From NCBI GenBank assembly GCA_963663225.1, contig OY760142.1, forward strand, positions 2,368,001-2,432,000: 64,000 nt of DNA, given 5' to 3'. Source of the stretch: Nitrospirota bacterium (GTDB lineage Bacteria; Nitrospirota; UBA9217). The translations under genes and the position numbers were made by a program. This document shows positions 40,373-50,672 of this stretch, in pieces. A model generated the notes under the pieces. That model made no database searches, was not told the DNA's origin, and worked only from the letters and a program-made list of their open reading frames with translations. The stretch's first letter is position 1; each line of letters opens with the position of its first letter.

Positions 40373-41761
40373 ATGTCTGTGCAAACCGAAGTTCCCCTTC
40401 AAAAACTTCCTCCTCAAAACCTCGAAGCTGAGCAAATGGTCCTCGGAGCGATTCTCATAGAAAATGACTCCATGAACAAGGTTATCGATCTCATTGAGCC
40501 CGATGACTTCTATAAAGACGCGCACCGGCGGATTTTCAGGACCATGATCGACATGTTTGAGTCCGGAGAGGCCATCGATCTGATAACGCTGACAGACGCG
40601 CTTCGCGGAAAAGTCGGGCTTGAAACAATAGGCGGAGCGTCCTATCTTGCCTATCTGGTAAGCGTGGTGCCGACGGCTGCAAATATCAAAAACCATGCCC
40701 GGATTGTGCGTGAAAAGGCCGTTCTAAGAAAACTGATCCACACCGCAACGGATATTATAACCCAAAGCTACGATGATTCGCGGACGATCGTTAACATCGA
40801 TGAACTTCTCGACCGTGCGGAAAAATCGATTTTTGAAATTGCACAGAAGAAAATTCGCGAATCTTTTGTTTCGATGAAAAACATCGTGGGGCACAGTTTT
40901 GCCATTGTTGAAAAACTGTATGAGCGGAAGGAAATGGTCACCGGTCTTCCGACCGGTTTTGTCGACCTCGACGAGCGTACCTCGGGGCTGCATCCCAGCG
41001 ATTTGATTATTGTCGCCGGCAGGCCGTCCATGGGTAAAACGGCGTTTTGTCTGAACATAGCTGCCCATGCGGCTATTGAGAAAGGGAAAAGCGTAGGCAT
41101 ATTCAGTCTCGAAATGGCCAAAGAGCAGCTGGTATTGCGCCTGTTGGGATCCGAGTCGCGGGTGGATGCCCATAAACTGCGGACCGGCCATTTGTCCCAG
41201 CGTGATTGGACCCCCCTGTCCAATGCTGCGGGCAGGCTGGCTGAAGCGCCGATTTTCATCGATGATACGGCCGCGATATCAGTGCTTGAAATGCGCGCGA
41301 AGGCCCGAAGGCTGAAGGCTGACCAGGGGCTGGATCTGATTATCGTTGATTATCTTCAGCTTATGCGCGGCAGAGGGGATGAAGGCAACCGTGAGCAGGA
41401 AATATCAAGCATTTCACGCTCGTTAAAAGCCCTTGCCAAGGAACTGCAGATTCCGGTTATTGCGCTCTCGCAGTTGAACCGTTCAGTGGAAACGCGTCCC
41501 GGCAAGGATAAAAAGCCATTGCTCGCAGACCTGCGCGAGTCCGGAGCCATTGAACAGGATGCGGATGTGATATTATTTATCTATCGGGACGAGGTCTATA
41601 ATAAATGCGAATGCCCGCCGGATGGGGAATGTCTTTGTGGCCAGAGAGGCCGGGCAGAAGTGATCATCGGCAAACAAAGAAATGGTCCCATCGGCAAGGT
41701 AGATTTGACATTTATCAATCGGTTTACACGGTTTGAAAATTCGGAGAAGAGAGAGCTTTAA
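40373..41761 (+). CDS. dnaB: Replicative DNA helicase
   Basis: PPQNLEAE, AGRPSMGKT, FSLEM, VDYLQL, LSQLNR, DLRESGAIEQDAD, KQRNGP. Confidence 0.97.
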   Translation: MSVQTEVPLQKLPPQNLEAEQMVLGAILIENDSMNKVIDLIEPDDFYKDAHRRIFRTMIDMFESGEAIDLITLTDALRGKVGLETIGGASYLAYLVSVVPTAANIKNHARIVREKAVLRKLIHTATDIITQSYDDSRTIVNIDELLDRAEKSIFEIAQKKIRESFVSMKNIVGHSFAIVEKLYERKEMVTGLPTGFVDLDERTSGLHPSDLIIVAGRPSMGKTAFCLNIAAHAAIEKGKSVGIFSLEMAKEQLVLRLLGSESRVDAHKLRTGHLSQRDWTPLSNAAGRLAEAPIFIDDTAAISVLEMRAKARRLKADQGLDLIIVDYLQLMRGRGDEGNREQEISSISRSLKALAKELQIPVIALSQLNRSVETRPGKDKKPLLADLRESGAIEQDADVILFIYRDEVYNKCECPPDGECLCGQRGRAEVIIGKQRNGPIGKVDLTFINRFTRFENSEKREL

Positions 41762-41850
41762 CAGGCGGAAATTTATTTCCCTTGCAGGACGTTAAAAACA
41801 CCGCTGCACTGTTTTATAACCACAGCATATTTTTCTTTTGGGAGGGACCC

Positions 41851-42633
41851 TTGGCTTCGGAAAAAGCAGTGTTATCTGAAAATGTCCAGAAATACCTGCA
41901 AAAACTGGACTGGAAATCCGCTATTTTAGAAATGGAAAAATTATTTGCTGTTGATCCGGACCCCATCGTCCGTGTGCGCATCGGGGATGCGCGCCAGAAA
42001 CTCGACCAAAAAGTGGAAGCTGCAAGAGAGTACGTCAGGGCGGCAAATCTCTATGCGGAAAAAGGGTTTGTAGTGAAAGCTCTTGCATTGTATAAGCTGG
42101 CGCTGCGACTCGATCCAGCGAATAAACAGGCCCAATCGCACATGGAATCACTGCATTCCAATAAAACCATCAGTGAACGAAAAACCGAACCCGTTGAGGC
42201 CGGTGCTTCGACGCCGGTGCGGAGCGTCATTCCGCTTTTCTCAGATTTCACCCAGCAGGAGTTCAATGAATTCACAAAACGCATGATTATTTCGACTGTT
42301 CCGGCTGGGAAAAAAATTATACGGGAAGGGGAGGCGGGAAATTCCATTTATGTTCTTACCCGCGGGGGAGTCCAGGTGTATGCGACCATTCAAGGAAAAA
42401 AAGTCGATCTTGCCGTTCTCCAACCGAGCGATTTCTTCGGAGAGATCGCGTTTCTTACCGGAAAGCCCAGAACAGCGACTGTCGAGACGACCGAGGAGTC
42501 GGATATACTCGAGATCGCTGAGGAGGATATACTGGATATGATCCAGAAAAGCCCGCGGATACGGGAAGTTCTCCAGAACTACCACACCATGCGCCTCCAG
42601 AGCACGCTTGAAAAGGTGAAAGAAGTTTTGTAG
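41851..42633 (+). CDS. TPR plus cyclic nucleotide-binding domain protein (paralog 1)
   Basis: TTG start after GGAGG; helical TPR-like N-terminus; FFGEIAFLTGKPRTATV phosphate-binding cassette. Confidence 0.85.
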   Translation: MASEKAVLSENVQKYLQKLDWKSAILEMEKLFAVDPDPIVRVRIGDARQKLDQKVEAAREYVRAANLYAEKGFVVKALALYKLALRLDPANKQAQSHMESLHSNKTISERKTEPVEAGASTPVRSVIPLFSDFTQQEFNEFTKRMIISTVPAGKKIIREGEAGNSIYVLTRGGVQVYATIQGKKVDLAVLQPSDFFGEIAFLTGKPRTATVETTEESDILEIAEEDILDMIQKSPRIREVLQNYHTMRLQSTLEKVKEVL

Positions 42634-42681
42634 CGCCTGTTTGTCCTGTTCAAATTTTGTCCAGAAACGGAGATACCTTAT

Positions 42682-43470
42682 ATGGCGTCGGAAAAGGCGC
42701 AGTTGATCGAAGCGATCCAGAACTACGTGAGCAAAGCCAATTATAAGGCAGCCATTCCGGAAATGGAGAAACTGTTTACGCTTGATCCTGATCCCATCAT
42801 CAGGGTTCGCATGGGCGACGCCTATCAAAAGCTTAATCAGAAGTCTGATGCCGTGAAAGAATATATCCGCGCCGCAGACTTATATGCACAAGGCGGAGCT
42901 GTGGTCAAGTCCCTTGCCCAGTATAAGCTGGCGCTGCGGCTCGAACCGGGAAACAAACAGGCTCAGGAGCGGATCGAAGGTCTCCATGCAAACAAAACGG
43001 TGAAGGAAAGCAGGGTGGAGACTGAGGCCAAGACAGTGCAAAAGCCGGATAACAGTGTTTTGCCGCTCTTTGCACGGTTTTCGCAGGATGAGTTTAATGC
43101 GTTTACAAAAGTGATGAATGTCCATCCGCTTCCCGGAGGATTTCCCATAGTACAGCAGAATGATACCGGCAAATCCGTTTATATTATCGCAGGCGGGTCC
43201 GTCAAGGTCTACACAACACTGATGTCCGGTGAACGGGTGGATCTTGCCATGCTCCGGCCCGGTGACTTTTTCGGTGAAATATCTTTTCTGACCGGTAAGC
43301 CGCGCACCGCTACCGTGGAGACGGCAGAGGATTCGATCATCCTTGAGGTGACCGAGGACAAATTGCGCGAAATTATCTCGCAAAAACCAAGAATTAGAGA
43401 AGTACTGCAAAAATATTCCGAAATCCGCTCTAAAGGCACAGCCGAAAAAATTCAGGAAACAAATAAATAA
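42682..43470 (+). CDS. TPR plus cyclic nucleotide-binding domain protein (paralog 2)
   Basis: Colinear with paralog 1 (MASEKA..., DPDPI.RVR.GDA, FFGEISFLTGKPRTATV). Confidence 0.85.
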   Translation: MASEKAQLIEAIQNYVSKANYKAAIPEMEKLFTLDPDPIIRVRMGDAYQKLNQKSDAVKEYIRAADLYAQGGAVVKSLAQYKLALRLEPGNKQAQERIEGLHANKTVKESRVETEAKTVQKPDNSVLPLFARFSQDEFNAFTKVMNVHPLPGGFPIVQQNDTGKSVYIIAGGSVKVYTTLMSGERVDLAMLRPGDFFGEISFLTGKPRTATVETAEDSIILEVTEDKLREIISQKPRIREVLQKYSEIRSKGTAEKIQETNK

Positions 43471-43495
43471 CGCTCCCCTCACCGTGGAGGCGCTT

Positions 43496-44308
43496 ATGCT
43501 CCGTCAGCCGGCAGTCGCAGGTCGCTTTTATAATGGCACTTCGGAATCATTGCGGAAACAGGTGCAGAACTATGTTTTCCCGGTGGCCGACCGGAAAAAG
43601 GTTTTGGGCATACTCTCCCCTCATGCGGGCCTGATGTATTCCGGACCGGTGGCAGGCGCCGTGTACTCCAGTATTATAATCCCGGATAGTGTCGTATTGA
43701 TCGGACCGAACCATACCGGTCTCGGTTCCCCGGTGTCAATTATGACCGAAGGGGACTGGGAAACACCCCTCGGAAAAGTGAGTATCGATCAGCCGTTGGC
43801 ATGTTCCATTCTTGCAAAATCACCACGCATTCGGGAGGATTCACTTGCTCATCTGCACGAGCACTCCCTTGAAGTCCAACTCCCCTTTATTCAGTTTTGC
43901 ACGGATTCTTTCAGCATGGTGCCGATCCAGATGCTGGACGTAAAACTCGACACCTGCCTGGAAGTCGGAAAGGCGATTGCGGAAGCTATACAAGAACAAA
44001 ACAAGAAGGCTGGTGAAGTGCTGATTGTGGCCAGTTCGGACATGAGCCATTATGAGCGTGCTGAATCTGCGCGGGAAAAAGATCTCAAGGCAATCCAGCA
44101 CGTTCTGGACCTCGATCCCCAGGGGCTGTATCGGACGGTAAAGAATTACGGCATCACCATGTGCGGATACGGACCCGCAGTTGCCATGCTTGCTGCAACG
44201 AAACTCCTCGGCGCGACACACGCGTCACTTATCAAATATGCAAATTCCGGCGACGTGAGCGGTGACTACGAGCAGGTTGTCGGATATGCCGGCGCTATCA
44301 TTATGTAA
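43496..44308 (+). CDS. amrB: AmmeMemoRadiSam system protein B (MEMO1 family)
   Basis: R.PAVAG.FY, PHAG..YSG, GPNH, EHSLEVQLPF, SSDMSHY, TMCG.GP, VVGYA. Confidence 0.9.
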   Translation: MLRQPAVAGRFYNGTSESLRKQVQNYVFPVADRKKVLGILSPHAGLMYSGPVAGAVYSSIIIPDSVVLIGPNHTGLGSPVSIMTEGDWETPLGKVSIDQPLACSILAKSPRIREDSLAHLHEHSLEVQLPFIQFCTDSFSMVPIQMLDVKLDTCLEVGKAIAEAIQEQNKKAGEVLIVASSDMSHYERAESAREKDLKAIQHVLDLDPQGLYRTVKNYGITMCGYGPAVAMLAATKLLGATHASLIKYANSGDVSGDYEQVVGYAGAIIM

Positions 44309-44390
44309 TCCATTTCACATTCGGTAACCTACTATCCCTCGCGGCTATTCTGAGACAAGTCCATCTAACTGAAAAATAGCATTACCATTA

Positions 44391-44407
44391 TTGGTATGTA
44401 TGTTGCA
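44391..44407 (+). promoter_or_regulatory. sigma54 promoter of minor-pilin cassette 1
   Basis: TTGGTATGTATGTTGCA with GG at 44393-44394 and GC at 44405-44406. Confidence 0.7.
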
Positions 44408-44478
44408 TTAACTAGCAGCATGTTTTAACGGCTGCATAAGTATCCATTTCTGCTAAAACTAGAAAAGGCTGATGCAAT

Positions 44479-44916
44479 ATGCTTAATACGTTACGCTGTT
44501 CAAATAAGGAGCAAGGTGGTTTTACTTTACTGGAACTGTTGATAGCTTTAACGATTCTGGCTATCGGATTGTTGGCTTTGGCCGCCATGCAGGGTGTCGC
44601 CATTAATTCCAATTCAGTTGCAAACAAGCAAACTGTGCATAGCATGCTGGCACAACAAGCGGTTGAAGATATTGCTTCCTATGCTTATTCTGATGGAATT
44701 TTTAGCAGTACCGTATCAGGGGCTACCTATTCAACCATGGTCGTAACAGGCGCTGGGACATATAACGCAACGTATGCTGTCAACTTGGCGCCGGTTATTA
44801 CAGATAATCTCGCCACGAGTGCAACGCAAACGACGTTGGCAAGCATCAAGGTAACAGTGACTCATAATGCTTCCGGTAATTCGAAATCTTATACGGTATT
44901 GAAACTGGTGAAATAA
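44479..44916 (+). CDS. pilV: Minor pilin PilV (cassette 1)
   Basis: G/FTLLELLIALTILAIGLL. Confidence 0.8.
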   Translation: MLNTLRCSNKEQGGFTLLELLIALTILAIGLLALAAMQGVAINSNSVANKQTVHSMLAQQAVEDIASYAYSDGIFSSTVSGATYSTMVVTGAGTYNATYAVNLAPVITDNLATSATQTTLASIKVTVTHNASGNSKSYTVLKLVK

Positions 44917-44917
44917 A

Positions 44918-45880
44918 ATGAACAAAGCATCCATAACAAGTCTTCGAGGGTTTACCATCATTGAACTGTTGATGGTCACCGTCATGGTCGGCCTTATAAT
45001 AGGGACTATTTATTCCTTGTACATTACGCATCAGCGGAGCGCATATATTCAAGATGAAGTTGTGGAGGTCCAGCAGAATCTGAGAATAGCGATGGACAGT
45101 ATGGCGCGGGACATCAGGATGGCCGGTTTTCTGGCTTCGGGAAATACCGTGAGCACCACTAGCAGTCACGAGTCTGGACCATCATCAACGGCTTATCTTT
45201 CTTCAGAATACCAAGTGCCTTCTGATAAACTTGCCTTGAATGGAGGAACTGGTCTTGGATCGTCTATTGCAACGGTTTTGACAGCGGTAACGGCACTCTC
45301 CGCTCCAATTCCGGTGGATTCCGTTTATCTTCCAGATGGCACTCAGAAATTTTTAGTCAATAATGCCGTTACCGTCATAAGGCAACAGAACAAGGCACAA
45401 CCTGGAGGCACGAATGTCGCCTTTAGGGTATCAAACGTGGATACAGCTAACTCTACAATAACTCTTTCAGGAACTCTTTCCGGCAGCTTTATAGTAGGCG
45501 ACATAATAATTAAATTGGCTGACACCTATGATGGAAGCACCACCTATCCTGCTACAAGCACGATTACATATTTTCTTGCAGGTCATTCCGATTACTCGGA
45601 CTGTCCTGCCGGTACCGATCAGATGTGTCTTATTAGGATTGACAGCAGTGACAGTAATGGTGCCCAGGTTGTCGCCCAAAATATCGCAAGTGTTAAATTT
45701 TCCTACTTAATGGACAGCGATTCCAGTACACAAGAGTATTCCAGCCCGTCTTCCTATGGCAAAATACGAGCAGTCAGAGTGAGGCTTTTCGGCCAAACAG
45801 TATCAACGAAAGCACTTTCCGGAGGAACACCAAAAATCCGGATGCTGGAATCAGTGATTCATTTCAGGAACAGGTCATAA
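44918..45880 (+). CDS. pilW: Minor pilin PilW (cassette 1)
   Basis: G/FTIIE, QQNLRIAMD...DIRMAG, IRAVRV, C-terminal RN. Confidence 0.82.
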   Translation: MNKASITSLRGFTIIELLMVTVMVGLIIGTIYSLYITHQRSAYIQDEVVEVQQNLRIAMDSMARDIRMAGFLASGNTVSTTSSHESGPSSTAYLSSEYQVPSDKLALNGGTGLGSSIATVLTAVTALSAPIPVDSVYLPDGTQKFLVNNAVTVIRQQNKAQPGGTNVAFRVSNVDTANSTITLSGTLSGSFIVGDIIIKLADTYDGSTTYPATSTITYFLAGHSDYSDCPAGTDQMCLIRIDSSDSNGAQVVAQNIASVKFSYLMDSDSSTQEYSSPSSYGKIRAVRVRLFGQTVSTKALSGGTPKIRMLESVIHFRNRS

Positions 45881-45890
45881 GAGAGAGAAT

Positions 45891-46409
45891 ATGGTGACTC
45901 ACAAAGAAAAAAATTATCCAAGCAGTTTTTCAGTTCCTCAAAATATAGGGCTACGAAATGAACGCGGCATCGCCCTGATAATAGTTCTGGGAGTTTTGGT
46001 TTTGCTTACTATTTTGGGAGCATGGGTCTTGAATACTTCATCGACTGATCTGCGTATTGCAGGCAATGCAAGGAATTATCAACTCGCATTGTATTATGCG
46101 GAATCGGGTCTCGAATATGCGAAAACCCCTGTTCCGCTCAAAACAGCACAGAGCGCAGGCTCACAGTATGCATGGAAGATGAGTTTGTCTACTGGCGAAA
46201 CTGCGACTGGCAATACGAGGTATGTAGCAATCGTAGATATTCCTGCTGCATCTTCCTCGGGGAGTAGCGTGACAGAAGCAAACACGGGTGAATCGAGCAG
46301 CTATAAAGGACTTTATTATATTATAAATTCTTTTGGCACTAGCAATAATGCAAAGGTTATCATTCAGGATGGTATACAGGAGATGACGTTAGTTTCTACT
46401 ACAAATTAA
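45891..46409 (+). CDS. pilX: Minor pilin PilX (cassette 1)
   Basis: ERG/IALIIVL (no Glu5), LRIAGN, A.YYAESG. Confidence 0.8.
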   Translation: MVTHKEKNYPSSFSVPQNIGLRNERGIALIIVLGVLVLLTILGAWVLNTSSTDLRIAGNARNYQLALYYAESGLEYAKTPVPLKTAQSAGSQYAWKMSLSTGETATGNTRYVAIVDIPAASSSGSSVTEANTGESSSYKGLYYIINSFGTSNNAKVIIQDGIQEMTLVSTTN

Positions 46410-46446
46410 TTAACTGTCATCTCCCGTTGAGCTATGGAGGTTTATC

Positions 46447-46839
46447 GTGAAAAAGCTTTTCTTTATTCCAGCTATAGTTTTTCTTATCGGAGTATTTGTA
46501 AATATCGGTTTTGCTTCGGAGCAGAAAAGCTCCAAAGGAGTTACCGTTCAGGTCGGTGCCCAGTACAATCCGGCCATAAAATATGCCGGGGACTATCGAT
46601 CTGATCTGCTGTTTTTTAAACCCAATGCAGGAAAATACTGGCGTCGTATCCCTCGCTTTGACCGTTTAAAATATGTTACCTGCTCCGATACCACTGCTGC
46701 GCTTCAAAAAGAAGGCATATGGGAAGGGCATTTGAGGTTGAAAGACGGTTCCTGCTCATCATCAGATGAACCGTCAAGCTGGGCTTTGGGGAACAGATTG
46801 AATTTTGACGAACAGATAAATCAGCTCGAATCCAACTAA
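46447..46839 (+). CDS. Small secreted two-Cys protein resembling the PilY1 vWA insertion domain (cassette 1)
   Basis: GGAGG SD, signal peptide, YNP..KY, VTC...LQKEG.W.G.L..DGSC, WALGNRLN. Confidence 0.75.
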   Translation: MKKLFFIPAIVFLIGVFVNIGFASEQKSSKGVTVQVGAQYNPAIKYAGDYRSDLLFFKPNAGKYWRRIPRFDRLKYVTCSDTTAALQKEGIWEGHLRLKDGSCSSSDEPSSWALGNRLNFDEQINQLESN

Positions 46840-46906
46840 AAAAGCTTTAAAGCATGGATTGACTCTATTCATAAAATTATTCTGAAGTCGTTGTGAGGGA
46901 GAATAT

Positions 46907-49900
46907 ATGCTAAAGAAAGAGATCTTTTTTGCCGCGTTGCTTGTTTTAACGCTTGCAATAGGGGTTTCCCCTAGATATGCAGTAGCTACCCCGGATCAGT
47001 TTGTTGGTGACAGCGCAATTTATGGCGGACAGCCTACCGTTCTTCAGCCAAATGTTCTCATTATTATTGATACAACAGGCAGTATGGCAGATCCTCCTAC
47101 TTCTTCCGGCACCACAACGACTGTCAACTATAGCTCAAGTACAACGTTTGACAAAACTCCTAACTGCTATGATTCAAGTGGTTTGATAGGATATTGTGAT
47201 CCTACTGTTGTTTATGATGCTTCATATAATTACTTCAATTCTTCGGTCAGTAATATCACGACGTCGTGTTTTGGCAGTAATCCTCAGAGCAGTCTTTCTA
47301 CCTATGGCTACTACAATGGTTATAAGCTGAACTCAGACGGCAGCTGTTGTACGAAAACAACAGGATCAGGTTCTAGCAAGAAGACAACTAACTGCGGTTC
47401 CGCTCAATATCAAATTGGGAATTATATCAACTGGGTGTATGACTATAACCAGTCGAACGCATTGAGCAAACTCGAGATTGCACAAAGCGTAATTGGAACT
47501 CTTATTATGTCTACAAGCTCGGTAAAATTCGGGCTTATGGGATTTCGTTATCTCAGTGGTGCCAATAAAGGGGCGACATTGGTCAGCGCGACCGTGTCCA
47601 GCGGCACTTATATATCTGAAGTAAAAGATATGGATACGATATTTACCGGAACGGTTACGAACAGAGAAGCATTGGTCCAGACATTAAACACGCTCACTGC
47701 ACAAGGCGGAACGCCGCTTGGTACGTCTCTTTTTGAAGCGCTCCGTTATTTTCAGGGTGGCGCATCTCTCTCAGGCTCATCAATAGGAATAACAAGCGGC
47801 GTTTATACTACTCCCATAGAATATGGATGTCAGAAAAACTATGTTATTTTTATAACGGATGGCATGTCTAATTCCGACAGCAGTTCTGTGCTGACAAGCA
47901 CGATTTATAACACCTACAGCAGTTACGACGGGACTGCCGGAAGCGCCTACAAAAGCAACATCAATCATTCACTTGCCGGTGTCGCTAAGTATATGTATGA
48001 GCATGATCTGCTGTCCGGTGTAACCGGAACTCAAAATGTAACCACGTATACGATCGGATTTGGATTAAGCTCCACGAGCTCGGATGAAGCTGAAGGAATA
48101 GCTCTTCTCCAGTTGGCTGCGGACAGTTCACACGGTCGCGGCGCATATTACGCGGCGACAAGCGCACAAACTTTGAGCAAAGCCTTGACATCCGTGATTT
48201 CACAAATATTTACTGTGAATACATCATTTGTGGCGCCGGTGGTCCCGGTAAACCCCCAGAACAATGTTTATAGCGGGGAACGAGTATACATGGGCTTTTT
48301 TAAACCTGAATCAGGAGCAGATTGGGCCGGAAATCTTAAAAAATATGCCCTTGCCTCATATACAACTTCAACAACAACATATTACAGTCAGGTTGTCGAT
48401 GTCAACGGCAGCCTGGCAACATATGTTGACGAAAATGGAGATGGATATGATGATCGTGACGGCCTTGCCCTGCCGAGCGGTACGAGCAACGGCGGATTCA
48501 GAGCTACGGTGCCTAATGTTGCAAAATCGTTCTGGAGCGCAACCGCAGATGGAAGTGATGTGATGTCCGGAGGTGTCGGTGCACTATTGTATTCGCGGTC
48601 CAATGCAATTAGCTGCTCGACATGCAGTATAACCGGTACTCCCCGTAAGATTTATACATATCTGGGAAGCAGTACTGATTTGACGAATTCAACGAATCTT
48701 TTTAATGTTTCAAACTCTAATATAACCGCAACCATCCTGGGATTGCCCGGTTCAATTATTTCAACCTCAACGACAACTGATGTAAAACAACTTATTAATT
48801 ATGTCCATGGTTTTGACGTATATGATGATAACTCAAATGGGAGCTCTACTGATAAAAGGAGCTGGTCCCTTGGTGATATACTCCATTCAAAACCACAAGT
48901 AATAAGTTATGCATCGTATTCATTCGATGCGGCCAACGAGGCAAATTGTACAAAAAATAAAACCATAATTTATGTTGGATCGAATGACGGAATGCTTCAT
49001 GCCTTTAATGACTGTGACGGCAGCGAGGCATGGGCTTTTATTCCTCCTGATCTGCTGAGCACGCTTCAATATCTGCGGGATACGACCCATACGTACTTCG
49101 TGGATAATAGCGTCCAATCGTATGTTTACGACGCAAATAAAAATGGAACTATCGATTCCGGAGATAAAGTAATTCTTATTGTCGGGCTGAGAAGAGGCGG
49201 AGGAGTGATGAACTCGACCCCAACAGCTGGTTTTTATTATGCACTTGACGTTACGGATCCATCCGCGCCAAAATATATGTGGAAAATTTCGAATGCCGCG
49301 ACGGGATTCACGGATATGGGCGAAGCATGGAGCGACGCAAAGTTATCTAAAATTCTGGTTGGTTCATCAGTAAAAGAAGCCATGTTCATTGGCGGCGGAT
49401 ATGATAACTGCAATGAGGATTCGCGTTTTGGGTCCACACAGATGTTTACCGGTACGTGCGTGACCGTGACGGCAACCACGGACGGCGGTGTTGACAGCAG
49501 CGGTAATCCGATCACGAGTTCAGGATCAGCACTCGTAAGCAGTCTTACATCGACCAACTATAAAGGAAGATCTGTTTATCTAGTTGAATTGGCGACCCTG
49601 AACAGCGGAGTCCCGGATTTTTCAAATAGCGGCAGTAAAATATGGGGCTATACTATGACCGGATCTCCTGCGCTTGAATTCTCGATGGTGAGCGACATGG
49701 CACTCATAGATAGCAACTATGATGGCTATGTTGATCGTGCCTATATGGGGGACTCAGGCGGCAATATGTGGCGATTTGATCTTACAGATACCAGTACTGC
49801 TAATTGGAAAGTCACCAAGATATTCAGCGCAAATCCCGGCTACACGAATTATGCATCTGATGGTTCAAACGGCAGAAAAATATTTTACAGACCATCAGTT

Positions 49901-50644
49901 GTTATAGCAGGCACGACAGTAACGATGAATGGCAAAACGCAGGCCATGGCGAGACTTTATTTCGGGACAGGTGACAGAGAGCATCCGTTGAACAGGGCCG
50001 TGGTTGATCGCTTCTATGAAGTCCTCGACAAAGGACAGTTGTCAGCGGTAACAGAAGCGAAATTAGTGGATGTTACAGATGATCTCCTCCAGACCGGGAC
50101 CGATACGCAAGTTTCAGCAGAATATGCAAGACTGAGCGAAAAAGAAGACTCTACCAATACAAATTATTACGGCTGGTATATCAGGCTCAATAGCGGAGAT
50201 AGAACAACGCAGGTTCTCTGCAACGGTGTGGCCTGTCCCGGTGAAAAGGTGTTGGCACAACCCACGGTCTATAATGGTGTGGTCTATTTTACGACGTATG
50301 CTCCGACAACAGATACGTCCAGTTCAGATCCTTGCAGCACGGGAAATCTCGGTACGGGTTACACCTATGCGGTAAAATATTGGAGCGGTGCTTCTGTTTA
50401 TAATTACGATACGTCTAACGACTCTCTCTATAGCAGCTACAAAAGTAATTCCTATGCAACCAGCTCAGGTTCCAGTAATGTTCTATTGCGGACTGATCGT
50501 CACGTGGCGCTGTCGAGCGGAATACCATCCAGTGTTGTTGTTGTGCCTGGGCAGTCACCCTTAATCGGATGTGGCGGTGGACTTTGTACGACAAACCTGT
50601 CCACGGGTTCGCGCGTTTTAAATATTTATTGGCGTGCTAATTAA
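46907..50644 (+). CDS. pilY1: Type IV pilus tip adhesin PilY1 (vWA plus beta-propeller), copy 1
   Basis: Signal peptide, DTTGS MIDAS-like motif, TPL, CQKN..IFITDG, LGDILHS, GSNDGMLH, Ca site DSNYDGYVD, GTGD, C-terminal YWR. Confidence 0.9.
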   Translation: MLKKEIFFAALLVLTLAIGVSPRYAVATPDQFVGDSAIYGGQPTVLQPNVLIIIDTTGSMADPPTSSGTTTTVNYSSSTTFDKTPNCYDSSGLIGYCDPTVVYDASYNYFNSSVSNITTSCFGSNPQSSLSTYGYYNGYKLNSDGSCCTKTTGSGSSKKTTNCGSAQYQIGNYINWVYDYNQSNALSKLEIAQSVIGTLIMSTSSVKFGLMGFRYLSGANKGATLVSATVSSGTYISEVKDMDTIFTGTVTNREALVQTLNTLTAQGGTPLGTSLFEALRYFQGGASLSGSSIGITSGVYTTPIEYGCQKNYVIFITDGMSNSDSSSVLTSTIYNTYSSYDGTAGSAYKSNINHSLAGVAKYMYEHDLLSGVTGTQNVTTYTIGFGLSSTSSDEAEGIALLQLAADSSHGRGAYYAATSAQTLSKALTSVISQIFTVNTSFVAPVVPVNPQNNVYSGERVYMGFFKPESGADWAGNLKKYALASYTTSTTTYYSQVVDVNGSLATYVDENGDGYDDRDGLALPSGTSNGGFRATVPNVAKSFWSATADGSDVMSGGVGALLYSRSNAISCSTCSITGTPRKIYTYLGSSTDLTNSTNLFNVSNSNITATILGLPGSIISTSTTTDVKQLINYVHGFDVYDDNSNGSSTDKRSWSLGDILHSKPQVISYASYSFDAANEANCTKNKTIIYVGSNDGMLHAFNDCDGSEAWAFIPPDLLSTLQYLRDTTHTYFVDNSVQSYVYDANKNGTIDSGDKVILIVGLRRGGGVMNSTPTAGFYYALDVTDPSAPKYMWKISNAATGFTDMGEAWSDAKLSKILVGSSVKEAMFIGGGYDNCNEDSRFGSTQMFTGTCVTVTATTDGGVDSSGNPITSSGSALVSSLTSTNYKGRSVYLVELATLNSGVPDFSNSGSKIWGYTMTGSPALEFSMVSDMALIDSNYDGYVDRAYMGDSGGNMWRFDLTDTSTANWKVTKIFSANPGYTNYASDGSNGRKIFYRPSVVIAGTTVTMNGKTQAMARLYFGTGDREHPLNRAVVDRFYEVLDKGQLSAVTEAKLVDVTDDLLQTGTDTQVSAEYARLSEKEDSTNTNYYGWYIRLNSGDRTTQVLCNGVACPGEKVLAQPTVYNGVVYFTTYAPTTDTSSSDPCSTGNLGTGYTYAVKYWSGASVYNYDTSNDSLYSSYKSNSYATSSGSSNVLLRTDRHVALSSGIPSSVVVVPGQSPLIGCGGGLCTTNLSTGSRVLNIYWRAN

Positions 50645-50672
50645 CGTATTCGTATGACACATGTAGTAAACG

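Noticed and set aside
41590-41660. Intein in DnaB
   Set aside because: The insert is only about 10 aa and lacks splicing motifs.
43496-44308. Complete AmmeMemoRadiSam system, or a MEMO link to motility
   Set aside because: Partner genes A and the radical SAM enzyme are absent here; adjacency to pilV is separated by a distinct promoter and is unsupported as functional.
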